A stretch of 64,000 nucleotides of DNA. It comes from a virus (Duplodnaviria; Caudoviricetes). The stretch is from the IMG/VR virus record IMGVR_UViG_3300021256_000011, positions 8,789 to 72,788 of that record; one strand, written 5' to 3'. The notes below the pieces were generated by a model. That model saw nothing but the letters and a program-made list of their open reading frames with translations, did no database searches and had not been told where the DNA came from. The position numbers and the translations under genes are program-made. How positions within the stretch are numbered: position 1 is the stretch's first letter; each line of letters starts with the position of its first letter. Shown here in pieces: positions 55,801 through 63,721 of this stretch.

Positions 55801-56441
55801 AGGAGGCCGCCCTTGTAGCCGTATTCGAAGTCATGGTCGTCGATAGAGGCAGCGGGATATCCAGCCTTGATGACATAGGTGTCGGTCGTGGCGTCATATT
55901 CGAATCTCCAGCGAATGTCGAAGAGCTCGTGGAACTTCGTCAGGACATCCCAAATGTAAGTATAGTTAATCTCTACGGCCACAGGGTTGGTGCTGTAGAT
56001 GCCCGTCCCCATGCCGAAAAGGTCCATGCGAATCTTGTCCCCGAAGTAATACTTCAGGACGGAATTGAACAGTTCGACAAACTGCTCCAGGGGCAGCGTC
56101 ACAGAAGCGATGTATTGGTCCGGAATGGCGACGCCGGTCCGGACTTCCGACAAGGACATGAAGAAGTACCGCTTGAGTTGCTGGATTGCCCACGACTGGA
56201 ATACAAGGTCAACTAGGGAGTTTCTGGTCGTATTGTCTTTGGTCGCCTGGGGGTCCCTGTAGGGAAGGACGAAGCGCTCGCCCTTAAATTCCAACTCCCA
56301 TCCTTCGAAATCCGGAACAATGTCGCCGTCAATCTTGACCTGTGTGGATATGGTTCGTTCACCCATCTCGGCAAGTGAGACGGTGGCCTGGTGCAGTGTC
56401 GCGTATGACGGGAAGTTAATTTCCCTGATTTGCGGTATCAT
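46839..56441 (-). CDS. Giant (3200 aa) tail protein: baseplate-hub/central-spike N-terminus plus repeated fibre modules
   Basis: Uninterrupted ORF after the distal-tail-like gene; T/G/A/S-rich repeats. Confidence 0.88.
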   Translation of the reverse strand: MIPQIREINFPSYATLHQATVSLAEMGERTISTQVKIDGDIVPDFEGWELEFKGERFVLPYRDPQATKDNTTRNSLVDLVFQSWAIQQLKRYFFMSLSEVRTGVAIPDQYIASVTLPLEQFVELFNSVLKYYFGDKIRMDLFGMGTGIYSTNPVAVEINYTYIWDVLTKFHELFDIRWRFEYDATTDTYVIKAGYPAASIDDHDFEYGYKGGLLKFERQVQDETINNILLGRGGEKNVPYRYFKRVDEQNPSWAQDPDALYELKDIYFDRIRDINFRWYVRGWMQNDKRDKTWENAGYTYPQYTEQDCPADSLFAFRRGKTDAKFNPVEFVKDDESIAKYGERWGALDNNDEIFPTIQGIERPAGNRVDEIVDVSEIVTDDIDEAAKAAVTENSIGGTKTITRTVGPNASNTDGLRSNEFYIPEGKIGNIEFDWLLPAPALLVLDTSPGVVTVENVQTGDIVPAAGIPSGHYIVRVTLTVTNASTQSSIQGTYGLNSLKVVMSDENADAWKPTFDIWIKNIWATTQGASESDQAYAERVWAPILGDRTGGEAKVVFSDGFMAVSQDYEFPIVSYPVPDRTKSINGVPSEWKITLRKSDAEFDATGLYIPNSKTGGKPTAGDHFFFIGIDMPNQYVVWAEEEVNKAKVAKLEETKEINPVWVINLDKIRVHTLEDEDYGVLLADRLSAGCMVRTLDRRFTRGQALTLYVQSITYTWNEGDQVPNIEVVLSDKVLAVSNPIGKLSNEMQIVRSTYAKTADIEAVVRRVASPLFLKKTGESDTSISPTVFASKISSRNFRQGDIGGAGWGHYEDGDGDSVLELDKLIIRKEMRVNSLVANQITYIGGKQVLSAASINCTQVVDDGDYYYCYFDQKQGSVANLFEVGDFAMGQQFDPENLELRYYRFRVDEVGVDYIKLSKSVKDGAGIPQEGDVIVQYGNDTNSARQYVIIRDVIGGGYERMLSGLSTVTADGDEYYFAGRQSGQGPRWFVGDAAGEFAEYTNGRLNIKGRLTVMRSDGTYQSMADYIAAEKQLTDSLQAQIDGQIQSWSGNGQPLPAKDEQGQVDPSTANAPANGWTDDATRLKHFGDIYVDDLTGQGYRYTRLPNDGAFYWMRLSDEELAQALNDIQTLKEGMAGLQYLKQATNQGTLIDGGLVLTSLIQLGYNNGGVYNVMSGINGLLDTDLADPLKSIAAWYGGPMVDHEADDTATNFAKSLFRFDGSGYLASGNIGWDKNGSGHIPGIRWDGDAVIISGDVKLESLTGDSVTELITAVRRIISWFDEDANGDVYVRRKTVEGSLVARNFYSYGAITAGGVGSGGGGGGGGVDLDRVWESLANNTDKPDVKIHIAHIPIIPYSQISGTPEIPTVIDRARNLLDGNDLSYVDPESGEEITIDDPGVTGTVLWGAESANQVALSVNGVSKTLLKAQSLDGIFGRLGVLEGYFVGGSAYNAVRLGGHDANYFAAASVVDALVTGVSSVAGIEGDVTTTQIADALTAAGYKLTDTIYTLPKASANALGGIRVGNGLSIDADGILSVVGQTLGTVTRVDVGSSQYAPDTNGVVSLPAYPVVPTVVSAFTNDAGYISGITSAMVTTALGYTPFNAANFTQANIKSTLGISDWALADTKPSYDFSEIGSKPTTLAGYGITDAKFSSAGVADKIRITLGSSSHDVLTAHQSLAGYATESWVNQQGFITKAVNDLTNYYLKTETYTQDEVNSLIGAINQFRYEIAASTSAVTDPKSNVLYLIGPTGSGSDRYEEYVYPNATAGWTKIGDTSIDLSSYVNSVVASGSGNYVSGFSKSGNKLTLTLGTLPTTLPASDVYAWAKKANLDAADVPNLAISKITGLQDELDGKQPLDADLTAIAGLAGESGFLKKTAANTWTLDTNTYALASRTVNGHALTSDVTVTKGDVGLGKVDNMAAGEYFTLLDNSSNQLSITIGGTNKKLTVAFATNASTLENHAASYFGTASDVSTLQGYFTNGVANSAARLSGTDAYSIWGVEYWANGVPKSVTGRPNLYIGITRVQTTSQSQDLAGIGTIAASGLATIQGGISLGGQYNSKDSKLVWDAENNAWHLIGNFYADGFITAGGVGSGGGGGGIDINRMWESLTNNTDKPNVKINPAHIPDMASTYGYLKGNQNITLTGVVTGSGTTSIATSIADGALSIAKVNGLQTALNGKQATINDLSTIRERANEGHTIYGYFTDGILDLAHMPLDDRLSYVDPEAGEEITIEDAGETGTVLWGAESANQVSLSVNGVSKTLLKAQSLDGINSRLGVLEGYFIGGAAYNAIRLGGHDSNYFATATDLDALEVVVSGKQDTISDLATIRSQAAHGETAYGWGNHASAGYLTSVPTASADTLGLIKVGSGLVINNGVLSVTGQTQGTVTRVDVGSTQYSPDVNGVVGLPAYPTSLPASDVYAWAKAENKPSYAFSEISGKATASQVPNIESLANFGTRVYDATASRNANTVLAAPNGTNGAASFRALVAADIPSLTTAKISDLETWISGKAYITKAVNDLTNYYLKSEVESLIGAINQFHYEIYATLPATGEGNVLYLIGPSGSGADKYEEYVYANSTWTKIGETTIDLSSYVNSVVASGTGNYVAGFSKSGNTLTLTMGTLPTTIALANVTGADDLKAIEALTATSGYLKKTAANTNTWALVTDLTGVTAINTTDLAFGNNITVGRTLVPSGNLDLGSEQSPWDYIYGTHMIAHEVNIGPLEIYYDRNNDQGSIYIDDECSLGLSTHYGRIIIQDDSIEIGHNDTTHGFISLDSPTEVSGKLTITNKSNLASLFFGGESFYIRNNNGTFESNLSTVGTITSGVWHGTAIERAYLESGVQTSLGKADTAYQKPSAGIPKTDLASAVQTSLGLADTAVQPATLSEAISNVSGRVTTIENWFLSPELDELTVTSLNVIDVINGEAKSATRLSGTSAYSIWGVEYWADGVPKSVTGQPTLYIGTTRVQTSSQAQNLTGIGSITATGALTLSTTKRIYFGDTDHYLELDSTGFHFSHGVYSEGFMTAGGQGSGGGGSSIDLNRVWESLTNNTDFPNVTINPAHIPNITTDKVTDIETWISGKNYLTGNQSITLSGDVSGSGATSIAVTIGDGKVTNAKLANSYITIAGTSVSLGGVITAANLRSLLSINNVENTALSTWVGTDKITTLGTITTGVWNGSKITQDYLDDIGWNFVRNAATYDTEDYIHINS

Positions 56442-56444
56442 AGG

Positions 56445-56912
56445 CTATATGCTAAAATCACATAGACTCGGTTTCGTTACTCTAATGGTCCATTCTACAA
56501 TGACAACATCGTTGACCTGGTTCGTCTTGTCACGCCAGAAATCCGTGGCCTCGGATATCGGCATCGGATAGCCGACAATCTTGTGGCGCTTGTAGTCGTT
56601 ATAGAACTCAACCTGCTTATAAGTCTTGACGGAACTGCCTGGGTCCTGGGTGTACAGCTGAGCATTGAAGGCGGCAATCTTTTCATTGGCGTTTTCCAAC
56701 GAGTCGGCTTGGATGAAGAACTTGACCTTGTAGTCGAAGGCTGCGTCCACGGTCTTCGGGATAATGTGCTCGCCCTCCTCCTCGGGATACTGAGTCGATT
56801 CAAACCCCTTTGAGTCCGGGCCGACCCTCTTGTCAGAATCAAGATAGACAAGACCGTAGTCCTGCGTATCCTTGATTTCGCCGTTACCTATTTTAAGCCT
56901 TACTGTAATCAT
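56445..56912 (-). CDS. Putative distal tail protein
   Basis: Position between tape measure and tail hub; beta-rich. Confidence 0.55.
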   Translation of the reverse strand: MITVRLKIGNGEIKDTQDYGLVYLDSDKRVGPDSKGFESTQYPEEEGEHIIPKTVDAAFDYKVKFFIQADSLENANEKIAAFNAQLYTQDPGSSVKTYKQVEFYNDYKRHKIVGYPMPISEATDFWRDKTNQVNDVVIVEWTIRVTKPSLCDFSI

Positions 56913-57267
56913 TTCCGGAATCCTTTAAGTAACAGTCCTTGCATTTCTCGTCAAGCAAATCCTCGTGAGCCAGAACGGGGCAACCGTCCCCTTCAGCCGT
57001 GTACTTGCACTTGTTGGCCTTGCGGATTGACTCGCGCTTGTCGTCCAGCTTTTTCTCTAGCCTGGCATTCATGTCGCGGGTCTTCTTGTTCTCGGCGTCC
57101 TGGTCCGCTATATACTTTTTCTGCAGGTCAAGTATCTGCGTCACATTTTGAAGAATATCGGCCTCTTTCTTCTGCCTGGAGCGAAACAGGTGAGCAAACC
57201 AGCCGCCAACAAGCGTAAGAATCGGAACCAATACGCGCTCGGCCAAATCAAGGACAATTGTATCCAT
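56893..57267 (-). CDS. Putative holin/antiholin-like membrane protein
   Basis: Single N-terminal TM helix, coiled coil, Cys-rich tail. Confidence 0.45.
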   Translation of the reverse strand: MDTIVLDLAERVLVPILTLVGGWFAHLFRSRQKKEADILQNVTQILDLQKKYIADQDAENKKTRDMNARLEKKLDDKRESIRKANKCKYTAEGDGCPVLAHEDLLDEKCKDCYLKDSGNDYSKA

Positions 57268-57268
57268 A

Positions 57269-57748
57269 CTACTTTACTCCGAATTTATAAGTTACACAAG
57301 CGATATCCTCTGACTGTTCGCAAGTAATATGGTTATCGCCGAAAATATATAATGGGACTCGGACATTATGGCCGGTGCCAGGGATGCCTTTTACTGTCAT
57401 GTCGCAATCGTTCGCAAAGTAAAGCATAGGGATAATGGCCCGGTCTACATTCAGGCCGGTGCGAATCGTCCCGGTACACTCGTGAAAGACATATACCTGC
57501 TGCTCGTCCAGAATCTCTCCGTCAAAGTGCTTACCAACAAAAACGCCGGCAGCTTCACAATCAGCGAAGTCGCGGCGCAAGGTCTGTATGCACGGATAGC
57601 CCTCTTCCAGGGCCCAATCTATCGTGCGCTTATAAAGATTGATGGCGTCAATCTTGGACTCCACAGAGTCAAGAGCACTACGATTTTCCTCACACATATG
57701 GTGCAAGGACGCCTCGCGGCGAAGTTGTTTCTGCCATCCTGTCTTCAT
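57269..57748 (-). CDS. Hypothetical protein
   Basis: Start MKTGWQ, with own promoter. Confidence 0.7.
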   Translation of the reverse strand: MKTGWQKQLRREASLHHMCEENRSALDSVESKIDAINLYKRTIDWALEEGYPCIQTLRRDFADCEAAGVFVGKHFDGEILDEQQVYVFHECTGTIRTGLNVDRAIIPMLYFANDCDMTVKGIPGTGHNVRVPLYIFGDNHITCEQSEDIACVTYKFGVK

Positions 57749-57755
57749 GATGTTG

Positions 57756-57763
57756 CAAATATA
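57756..57763 (-). promoter_or_regulatory. Bacteroidota-type -7 promoter box
   Basis: TATATTTG just upstream of the ATG at 57748. Confidence 0.6.
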
Positions 57764-57794
57764 AAAAAAAGCCCCGGATTTATCAACCCGGGAC
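57763..57794 (-). terminator. Intrinsic terminator after the tape measure gene
   Basis: GTCCCGGG-TTGATAAAT-CCGGGGC-TTTTTTTT. Confidence 0.7.
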
Positions 57795-57802
57795 ATTAAA
57801 AT

Positions 57803-60800
57803 TTAAGACATCTTTACTTCTACCGCCCGCTTTGTCCCGTTCAAGGTTATCACGCTGCGCAACTCACCCAAAATGTCAAGCAACGAGACATGAATATCAG
57901 GGATGTGTTGGGCATAGGACAGCATCGCATCTTTGTACGGATCGACGAATTCCCCGGTAGTACCAGACTGGGCCGAGGTGCCCCCCCCGGTCAGCGCGGC
58001 AAGGATGGCGGTCACATTCATGTCGATATGCTGCATATAGAAGTTCTGCGTGTTAATGCCGGCGGCCAGGCCGTTGATAGACTCCTCGGAAGCGCCAGCA
58101 ATGTCCCTGGATATTCCCGTAAGGGCCCCGGCCTGCTGACGGAGGTTTACACCGGCAGCCGTCAACTGATTCATCAGGGTATTCATGGACCCGTCAATCA
58201 TATTCAGCCGCTCGGGAATCATAGCGGAAATGGTGGCGATGTCTGCCGCGGTAAGAGCCCCATCTTCGGAAGCATCATCAATGGCTTTGAAGACGGGTTT
58301 CAAAATGCCCTGGATGAGCTGGGCCGCCAGAGAGTTCACCACCATGTTTTCTATCATATCGTGGAACTTCTCCTTCATTGCATCAGTCGTATTGCCGAAC
58401 TCCTTGTAGGCATCAATCCACGCGCTGGCAAAGTCCTTGGCCGCAGAAGTCAGGTCGGTGCCAGACATAAACTCGGAGACCTGGCTGGCCATTTCTCGAA
58501 TCTTGTCTTCGACATCCCTTGCCGAATTATCGAATTCCTGGGCCGTGTCTTCATTGGCCTTCTTACCCTTGCTTCTTTCCGCTTCGGCTTGGGCCCTATA
58601 AGCATCTGCTTCGGCTCGCAAAATATTTAATTGCTGTCTATAGTTAGCAATATAATCTGAGCCAAAGGATTTCTCAATAGCCTTCTCCAGACGACCATAA
58701 GAGTATTCCAGGTCTGCAATGAGTTTGTTTTGCTCCTCAATGGTCTTGTTTGCGGCATTAATTTTCAGCTGCTGAGCGGTGCCGAAAATTCCAGCAATAG
58801 TCTCGCCAATACCTTTAATCAGTGAGGGGATAGCAGTAAAGTCACCTGCCAGCAGTCTTGCGGCACTGCCGGCTGTTTGAGTGAGTCCGCCAAGAGTTTT
58901 CTCGACACCCTGAGAAACAATATTAAATGTCTCAGCAGTCTCGTCGCTGGCAAATGTGGAGACAATTTCTCCTATGCCAGAAAGAGATTCGCTTACATAA
59001 GAGGTCCATTCTTTCATGCCGTTTGCGGCGTCTTCGATATGTTTTAAGGCGATTCGATAAGAATTGGCTGTCTTTTGTGCAGCCTCTGCCTGTTCCATGG
59101 CCTTGTCCGTAGCTTCAGCCTGAATATCAAGCGCCTTTTTAGCCGCTGCAATCTCTTCTTTCGTCGCGCCCTCCTTATTCTTTATCGCCTCATAATTTTT
59201 CGCGGCCACTTCAAGAGCCGCTTTTTGAGTATTAGCTTGATCCGTCAAAGTAGAAGCATTGAGATCCGCTTTGGCTCTGCTCATTGTTTTACTCAAAGAG
59301 CTATACTCTTTTATCGAATTTATAAGAGATTTAAACGGATTGCGAGTGGCAAGCTGTTTCTCGACATCGTCTAGTTTTGTCTGCAACTCTCGAAGTTCTC
59401 TTGGAGAAAGATTCTTCCACTGCTCTTTCAAAGACTCCAGATTCGTCTTCATGTTTTTCAGCATTCTTGTGGACGCCCCCTCAAGATTTTCGAAAAGTTC
59501 GATGTACATAGGGGACTCTCTGAATGCTTCGTATTGAGCCCTGGCGGTTTCTTCGGCCTCCTTAATTGCATTCTGTTTGATTAACTTATCTTTTTGGGGC
59601 TGAGGAATTTCCCGCGCATTTATTTCAGCAATCCTCTTTGCTGATTTTTTCGCGATTTCAACCCGCTTGTCTCCATATGTTTTCGCTTTTTGCAGAGTCT
59701 TTATGAAGTTTTCGACGATGCCGGCGTTATATTGTTCGGAATCACTCGCTACCCGCTTTACGGTGGCACGGAGCTCCTTTGGCACCTTCTCCAGATTCTT
59801 CATGAGATACTCGTAGTCGCCCTTTTCGAAGGCTTCGCGAATTGCATCGTCTAGTCCCTTGAGGGAATCTTTGTCAAGAGAGTTTAAGGAATCCACCAAC
59901 TCCTTTTTGATTCTGTCCTTAAAATCTTGGCCAATACCACCGTAGACAGACACTGACAGGGATTGGGCAAGGTCCTCATCCCCAGTGAGACCGAGAATGT
60001 TATTATAAAAATTGTGGGCTATCTCGGAGTGCTTTATCTCGTCTGAGACCTTCTTTAATTTGTCGTCTATCGTCTCTTTAAGTTTATCGAAGCTAAGGTT
60101 GGACACTTCAGTATCAATAGCACGTTGCATTTCAAGATAGACCTTGTCTTTAGGCCCATTATAGTTGTCAAGCAGACCTTTAAGCTTGGCAATAGTTTTC
60201 TCAAAAGTCGGTTCGAAACCTTTCAGTTGAGGAAACAGCACACCAATCTCGTCCAGCGCCCTTTGTTCAGACATGTACTTCCTTAGTTCTAGGAACTTCT
60301 TGTAAGCGTTGGTTATCTCGCCGATGTCCTTTTTAAGGTTGGACAGACGATTGTCGGAACCGTGAGTCTGCTTCTTAGATAGGAGGCCGCCGAGTAATGC
60401 ATCTAAGGCCTGCCATGCAGCAAAGGTATCGGCTGCGGCATCGCGGTCTTTAGTCAGTTCAGGTCTGACCAGAGCGCCCCCTTCTTTAACGGCATTTACA
60501 AGACCATCATATGTCTTTTTGGCCTCTTCAAATTGCGGTTTGAGTTTCTTTATTGCCTCGCCAAGAGAATCCCAGCCCTGCACATCTTTGTCCGTAAAAA
60601 GGAGTTTCGGAATGCCTTCCGATGTATACTTACTAGCACTAATAAGAAGATTTTGCCATTCCGCCATAGCATTTTTTACTTCCTCGGGGAATGCTAATTT
60701 CCTCAGTTCCGCCTCGTCCCTTATTGCCTTTGCAAGGGTTTCCGCCGCAGCTTCGTATGCTTCTTCGGCCTTTCTCGCCGCTTCTGCGGCTTCATTTGTG

Positions 60801-62809
60801 CGCTTTGCTAATTGCTCCGGAGAACCACCGCCCACGACAGGATGTGCCTCGATGTACTGGGCTGTCTCAAGCCTTCTTTGCGCGGTTTCCATCGCCTGTT
60901 TCGCGGCATCTTTCTCTGCCCTGTATCCCCTGATGAGTTCCTTCTGGGTATTTAACTGGGCCTTGGCTCTATCGACTGCGGCTTGATGCGCATTTCCCGC
61001 CGCATCCTTTAATAATTCAACCTGCTCCGCAAGTGGCACATTAGTATCGCCAATCTTATCTGCAAGTTCGGGATATGCTCTTTTCAATTCTTCAACAGCT
61101 GAAGCTAGTTGCTTACTCTGGGTGGCTGTTTTTTCTGTAATATTGGATAGCGACTCATAGTTGCTGATGATGCCTTTTTGGTAAGCAAATTCCTTATTTG
61201 CCTCTTTCATATCAGCTATAGCCCTTTCCATATCAGAAAGTTCTTCCTTGGCTTCTTTTGTCTTATTCTTAAATGTAGTAAAAAGCGTAATAAGGCCGGT
61301 TATTGCCCCTATTGCTATTCCGACCCAGTTTGCTTTCATAGCGAGCCACAACCTTCTAAATGCTGCAGTCAGACCAGCAACACCAAATGTAAGAGTTTTT
61401 ACAGCGCCATACTCCTTGATAAACATCCCGGTGAGTCGAACCCCATAAGAAATCCCCGACTTGGTCGTCACCCAATATGCGGCCCACGCCATTGACGCCG
61501 CATTAACAACGCGGACTATGCCGTTAAGATTCTTAGCAAGCCCGTTGAGAATTTTCAAAATTGTGTCGTTCCAACTCTGGAAGGTTGAGCTATCGCCAAG
61601 ACTCATCAAAGCCTGGTCGTAGGCATCTTTTAATTTCTCCCAACGTCCCTTAAGCGTTTTCGCCTGTTCTTCCTGCATTTTGTAGAACATGCCTCCGGCG
61701 TTTGTCAGGTCCTCGAATATTTCCTTAATATACTCAAATGGGACGGCCCGCTCGGAGATAAGTTTAAACACATCTGCAGTCGTAGTCCCTTCTCGCCCTA
61801 ATTCGCGGAATTTTTCAGCAAGAAGCTCCACGAGCGGAATGCCAGCCTCCGTAAATTGCCTCAATTCCTGTCCGCGAAGGACAGACGCTGCTCGCACCTG
61901 GCCGTAAGCAAGGATAAGCCTATTCATATCAACGCCAAGACCAGCAGAGATATCAGCAAGGCGCTGGGTGGTGTCGAACAAATTTTCTTGCTCGATACGA
62001 TAAGCGGCAAGTTGCTTGGTGTATGTTACAAGCTGTCCAATACGGAAGGGGGATTCTTTCGCCGCCTCTACTGTTTTAGCAAAGAGTTCATTTCCGAAAT
62101 CGGCGTCCTGGAGAAGATGACCAAGGGCAACGCGCTGATACTCCAATTCTCCGGTTACATCGCGCACCTGCTTAACAAATCGGACGAGGGAATGGACAGC
62201 ATAGAGACCGCTGAAATAACCAGTCAACTGCTTTACGATTCCAGCTTGTTTGTGATAGGCAGAGGTGCTGGCGTCAATACCAGCCTTATATTGCATTTGC
62301 TGTAATGTAAGGTCTGCAAGTCTCTTTCTTTGTATCTGAAGTTCGTAGTTGATTTTATTATACTGATCAGAACCGACACTAAGACTAGACAACTTGCTCT
62401 TCATGTCGTTTATCTTATAAGACACCTTTGCTATGTTATCTTCAAGGCGCATAGCCGCGACAGTGTTTGCGTTGTAAAACCCCTTAACACGCTGTTCAAG
62501 AAGGCCATATGCTTTGGCGAGATTATTGACGGTTGCCGATGTCTTCGTTTTATTGGCTCCTTTTACGACGGCTTCGTCAAAAGCCTTTCGTACACGTTTC
62601 AACGCGTGTTCTAATTCGCCAGCGCTCATGGTCGTATCTGTAAGCAGGTTACGAACCGTGTTCATCGAACCACCGCCCATGTCAATTTTTATGCTCAGCG
62701 CCTGTCTGCTCAAAACCTTTTCAAGTTTCGGCATCTCTTTCGGAATCTCACGGACAGCCCTGTCAAACGCGCCCTGTATGTCTACATATACCGGTATTTC
62801 AACTGCCAT
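57803..62809 (-). CDS. Tail tape measure protein
   Basis: 1668 aa, helical; SPF..GQLVTYTKQLAAY...RLILAYGQVRAASVLRGQELRQFTEAGIPL tape-measure domain. Confidence 0.95.
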   Translation of the reverse strand: MAVEIPVYVDIQGAFDRAVREIPKEMPKLEKVLSRQALSIKIDMGGGSMNTVRNLLTDTTMSAGELEHALKRVRKAFDEAVVKGANKTKTSATVNNLAKAYGLLEQRVKGFYNANTVAAMRLEDNIAKVSYKINDMKSKLSSLSVGSDQYNKINYELQIQRKRLADLTLQQMQYKAGIDASTSAYHKQAGIVKQLTGYFSGLYAVHSLVRFVKQVRDVTGELEYQRVALGHLLQDADFGNELFAKTVEAAKESPFRIGQLVTYTKQLAAYRIEQENLFDTTQRLADISAGLGVDMNRLILAYGQVRAASVLRGQELRQFTEAGIPLVELLAEKFRELGREGTTTADVFKLISERAVPFEYIKEIFEDLTNAGGMFYKMQEEQAKTLKGRWEKLKDAYDQALMSLGDSSTFQSWNDTILKILNGLAKNLNGIVRVVNAASMAWAAYWVTTKSGISYGVRLTGMFIKEYGAVKTLTFGVAGLTAAFRRLWLAMKANWVGIAIGAITGLITLFTTFKNKTKEAKEELSDMERAIADMKEANKEFAYQKGIISNYESLSNITEKTATQSKQLASAVEELKRAYPELADKIGDTNVPLAEQVELLKDAAGNAHQAAVDRAKAQLNTQKELIRGYRAEKDAAKQAMETAQRRLETAQYIEAHPVVGGGSPEQLAKRTNEAAEAARKAEEAYEAAAETLAKAIRDEAELRKLAFPEEVKNAMAEWQNLLISASKYTSEGIPKLLFTDKDVQGWDSLGEAIKKLKPQFEEAKKTYDGLVNAVKEGGALVRPELTKDRDAAADTFAAWQALDALLGGLLSKKQTHGSDNRLSNLKKDIGEITNAYKKFLELRKYMSEQRALDEIGVLFPQLKGFEPTFEKTIAKLKGLLDNYNGPKDKVYLEMQRAIDTEVSNLSFDKLKETIDDKLKKVSDEIKHSEIAHNFYNNILGLTGDEDLAQSLSVSVYGGIGQDFKDRIKKELVDSLNSLDKDSLKGLDDAIREAFEKGDYEYLMKNLEKVPKELRATVKRVASDSEQYNAGIVENFIKTLQKAKTYGDKRVEIAKKSAKRIAEINAREIPQPQKDKLIKQNAIKEAEETARAQYEAFRESPMYIELFENLEGASTRMLKNMKTNLESLKEQWKNLSPRELRELQTKLDDVEKQLATRNPFKSLINSIKEYSSLSKTMSRAKADLNASTLTDQANTQKAALEVAAKNYEAIKNKEGATKEEIAAAKKALDIQAEATDKAMEQAEAAQKTANSYRIALKHIEDAANGMKEWTSYVSESLSGIGEIVSTFASDETAETFNIVSQGVEKTLGGLTQTAGSAARLLAGDFTAIPSLIKGIGETIAGIFGTAQQLKINAANKTIEEQNKLIADLEYSYGRLEKAIEKSFGSDYIANYRQQLNILRAEADAYRAQAEAERSKGKKANEDTAQEFDNSARDVEDKIREMASQVSEFMSGTDLTSAAKDFASAWIDAYKEFGNTTDAMKEKFHDMIENMVVNSLAAQLIQGILKPVFKAIDDASEDGALTAADIATISAMIPERLNMIDGSMNTLMNQLTAAGVNLRQQAGALTGISRDIAGASEESINGLAAGINTQNFYMQHIDMNVTAILAALTGGGTSAQSGTTGEFVDPYKDAMLSYAQHIPDIHVSLLDILGELRSVITLNGTKRAVEVKMS

Positions 62810-62812
62810 ATC

Positions 62813-63280
62813 TTATTCCTCCTTAATCTGTTTTATAATGTGATTCTGAATTTCTTCTGTAGTTTCGGGCTTCTTCCTGGCCACGCCAATTCCGAAGCCT
62901 GCGAGGATGCCGCGAATCTCTTCGTCAGAGCGGACAGTGTCTTCCCAGCGAAGTTCCCGCTCGCACTTTTCAAAGTCGTAATCATAGTACCCCTTGTCAA
63001 GTAACATCATTGTTACATAGTTTGCGGAATCGAGGTACCAGTACCGAAGCCACGACCAAAAACCGAAGTTTCCGTAGACATGCTTAATCCTCTCGTTATG
63101 CTCAGACGCCGCGAATGCGCTCCCTACTTGTTTTCCTCTTTTATCCCCAAAGCGTCCGTCTCCAACATATTCATCACGCTTTCCAGCCGCTCTAGCTGCT
63201 GCTTGGCGACTTCGCCAACCGGTCTCATATAAAGCTCGCGTTCCTGCTTTGAGATATCCCAGTTGGCCTTGGAAAAACCC
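62813..63280 (-). CDS. Tail assembly chaperone GT extension, reached by -1 frameshift
   Basis: The -1 frame is open from G-GGT-TTT (63280-63274) to the stop at 62813. Confidence 0.7.
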   Translation of the reverse strand, partial: GFFQGQLGYLKAGTRALYETGWRSRQAAARAAGKRDEYVGDGRFGDKRGKQVGSAFAASEHNERIKHVYGNFGFWSWLRYWYLDSANYVTMMLLDKGYYDYDFEKCERELRWEDTVRSDEEIRGILAGFGIGVARKKPETTEEIQNHIIKQIKEE

Positions 63281-63657
63281 AAGTCGGCGCTGACGACTCC
63301 TGCTTCGTTGATTCTAAAGGTAGTTTCGTTGCCACGGAGTTGAAGGATGTGCCATTTTATCCACCATAGCCAGGGGCAGAAGATGGCCCAATTTCCGAGA
63401 AGGTAGTAGGCGGCCTTCTTCGAATGGAGAGAAAACAACTTGTGGGTTATTTTCTTTGCCTCTTTCGCAGATACGCCCTGTTTGCCACGGACTTCCAGAA
63501 CCTGTGCTTCTTGTTCCAGGAGAGCAATGCGCTCTTTGACGGCCTGGGCCACCTGGCGGACCTTATATTTGCGCCGGCCAACCATAACCACGCATGGCGC
63601 ACCGACAATGGTTTGGTATGCGCCATTCAAAAACTTTTCGCTTGCGGATTTTTCCAT
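63124..63657 (-). CDS. Tail assembly chaperone (G-like)
   Basis: Lies between the probable major tail gene and tape measure; contains the slippery heptamer. Confidence 0.75.
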   Translation of the reverse strand: MEKSASEKFLNGAYQTIVGAPCVVMVGRRKYKVRQVAQAVKERIALLEQEAQVLEVRGKQGVSAKEAKKITHKLFSLHSKKAAYYLLGNWAIFCPWLWWIKWHILQLRGNETTFRINEAGVVSADLGFSKANWDISKQERELYMRPVGEVAKQQLERLESVMNMLETDALGIKEENK

Positions 63658-63668
63658 ATACTTAAATT

Positions 63669-63696
63669 AAGAAAGGGCGGGCGTAACTGCCCGCCC
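63669..63696 (-). terminator. Intrinsic terminator after the probable major tail gene
   Basis: GGGCGGGC-AGTTAC-GCCCGCCC-TTTCTT. Confidence 0.7.
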
Positions 63697-63721
63697 AGTT
63701 CGGTTCGGTTTCAAGACGCGA

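Noticed and set aside
42265-56441. Diversity-generating retroelement acting on the tail fibres
   Set aside because: No reverse transcriptase in the window, and no near-identical TR/VR pair with adenine-only mismatches seen. The internal repeats are older protein-level duplications. One could lie outside the window.
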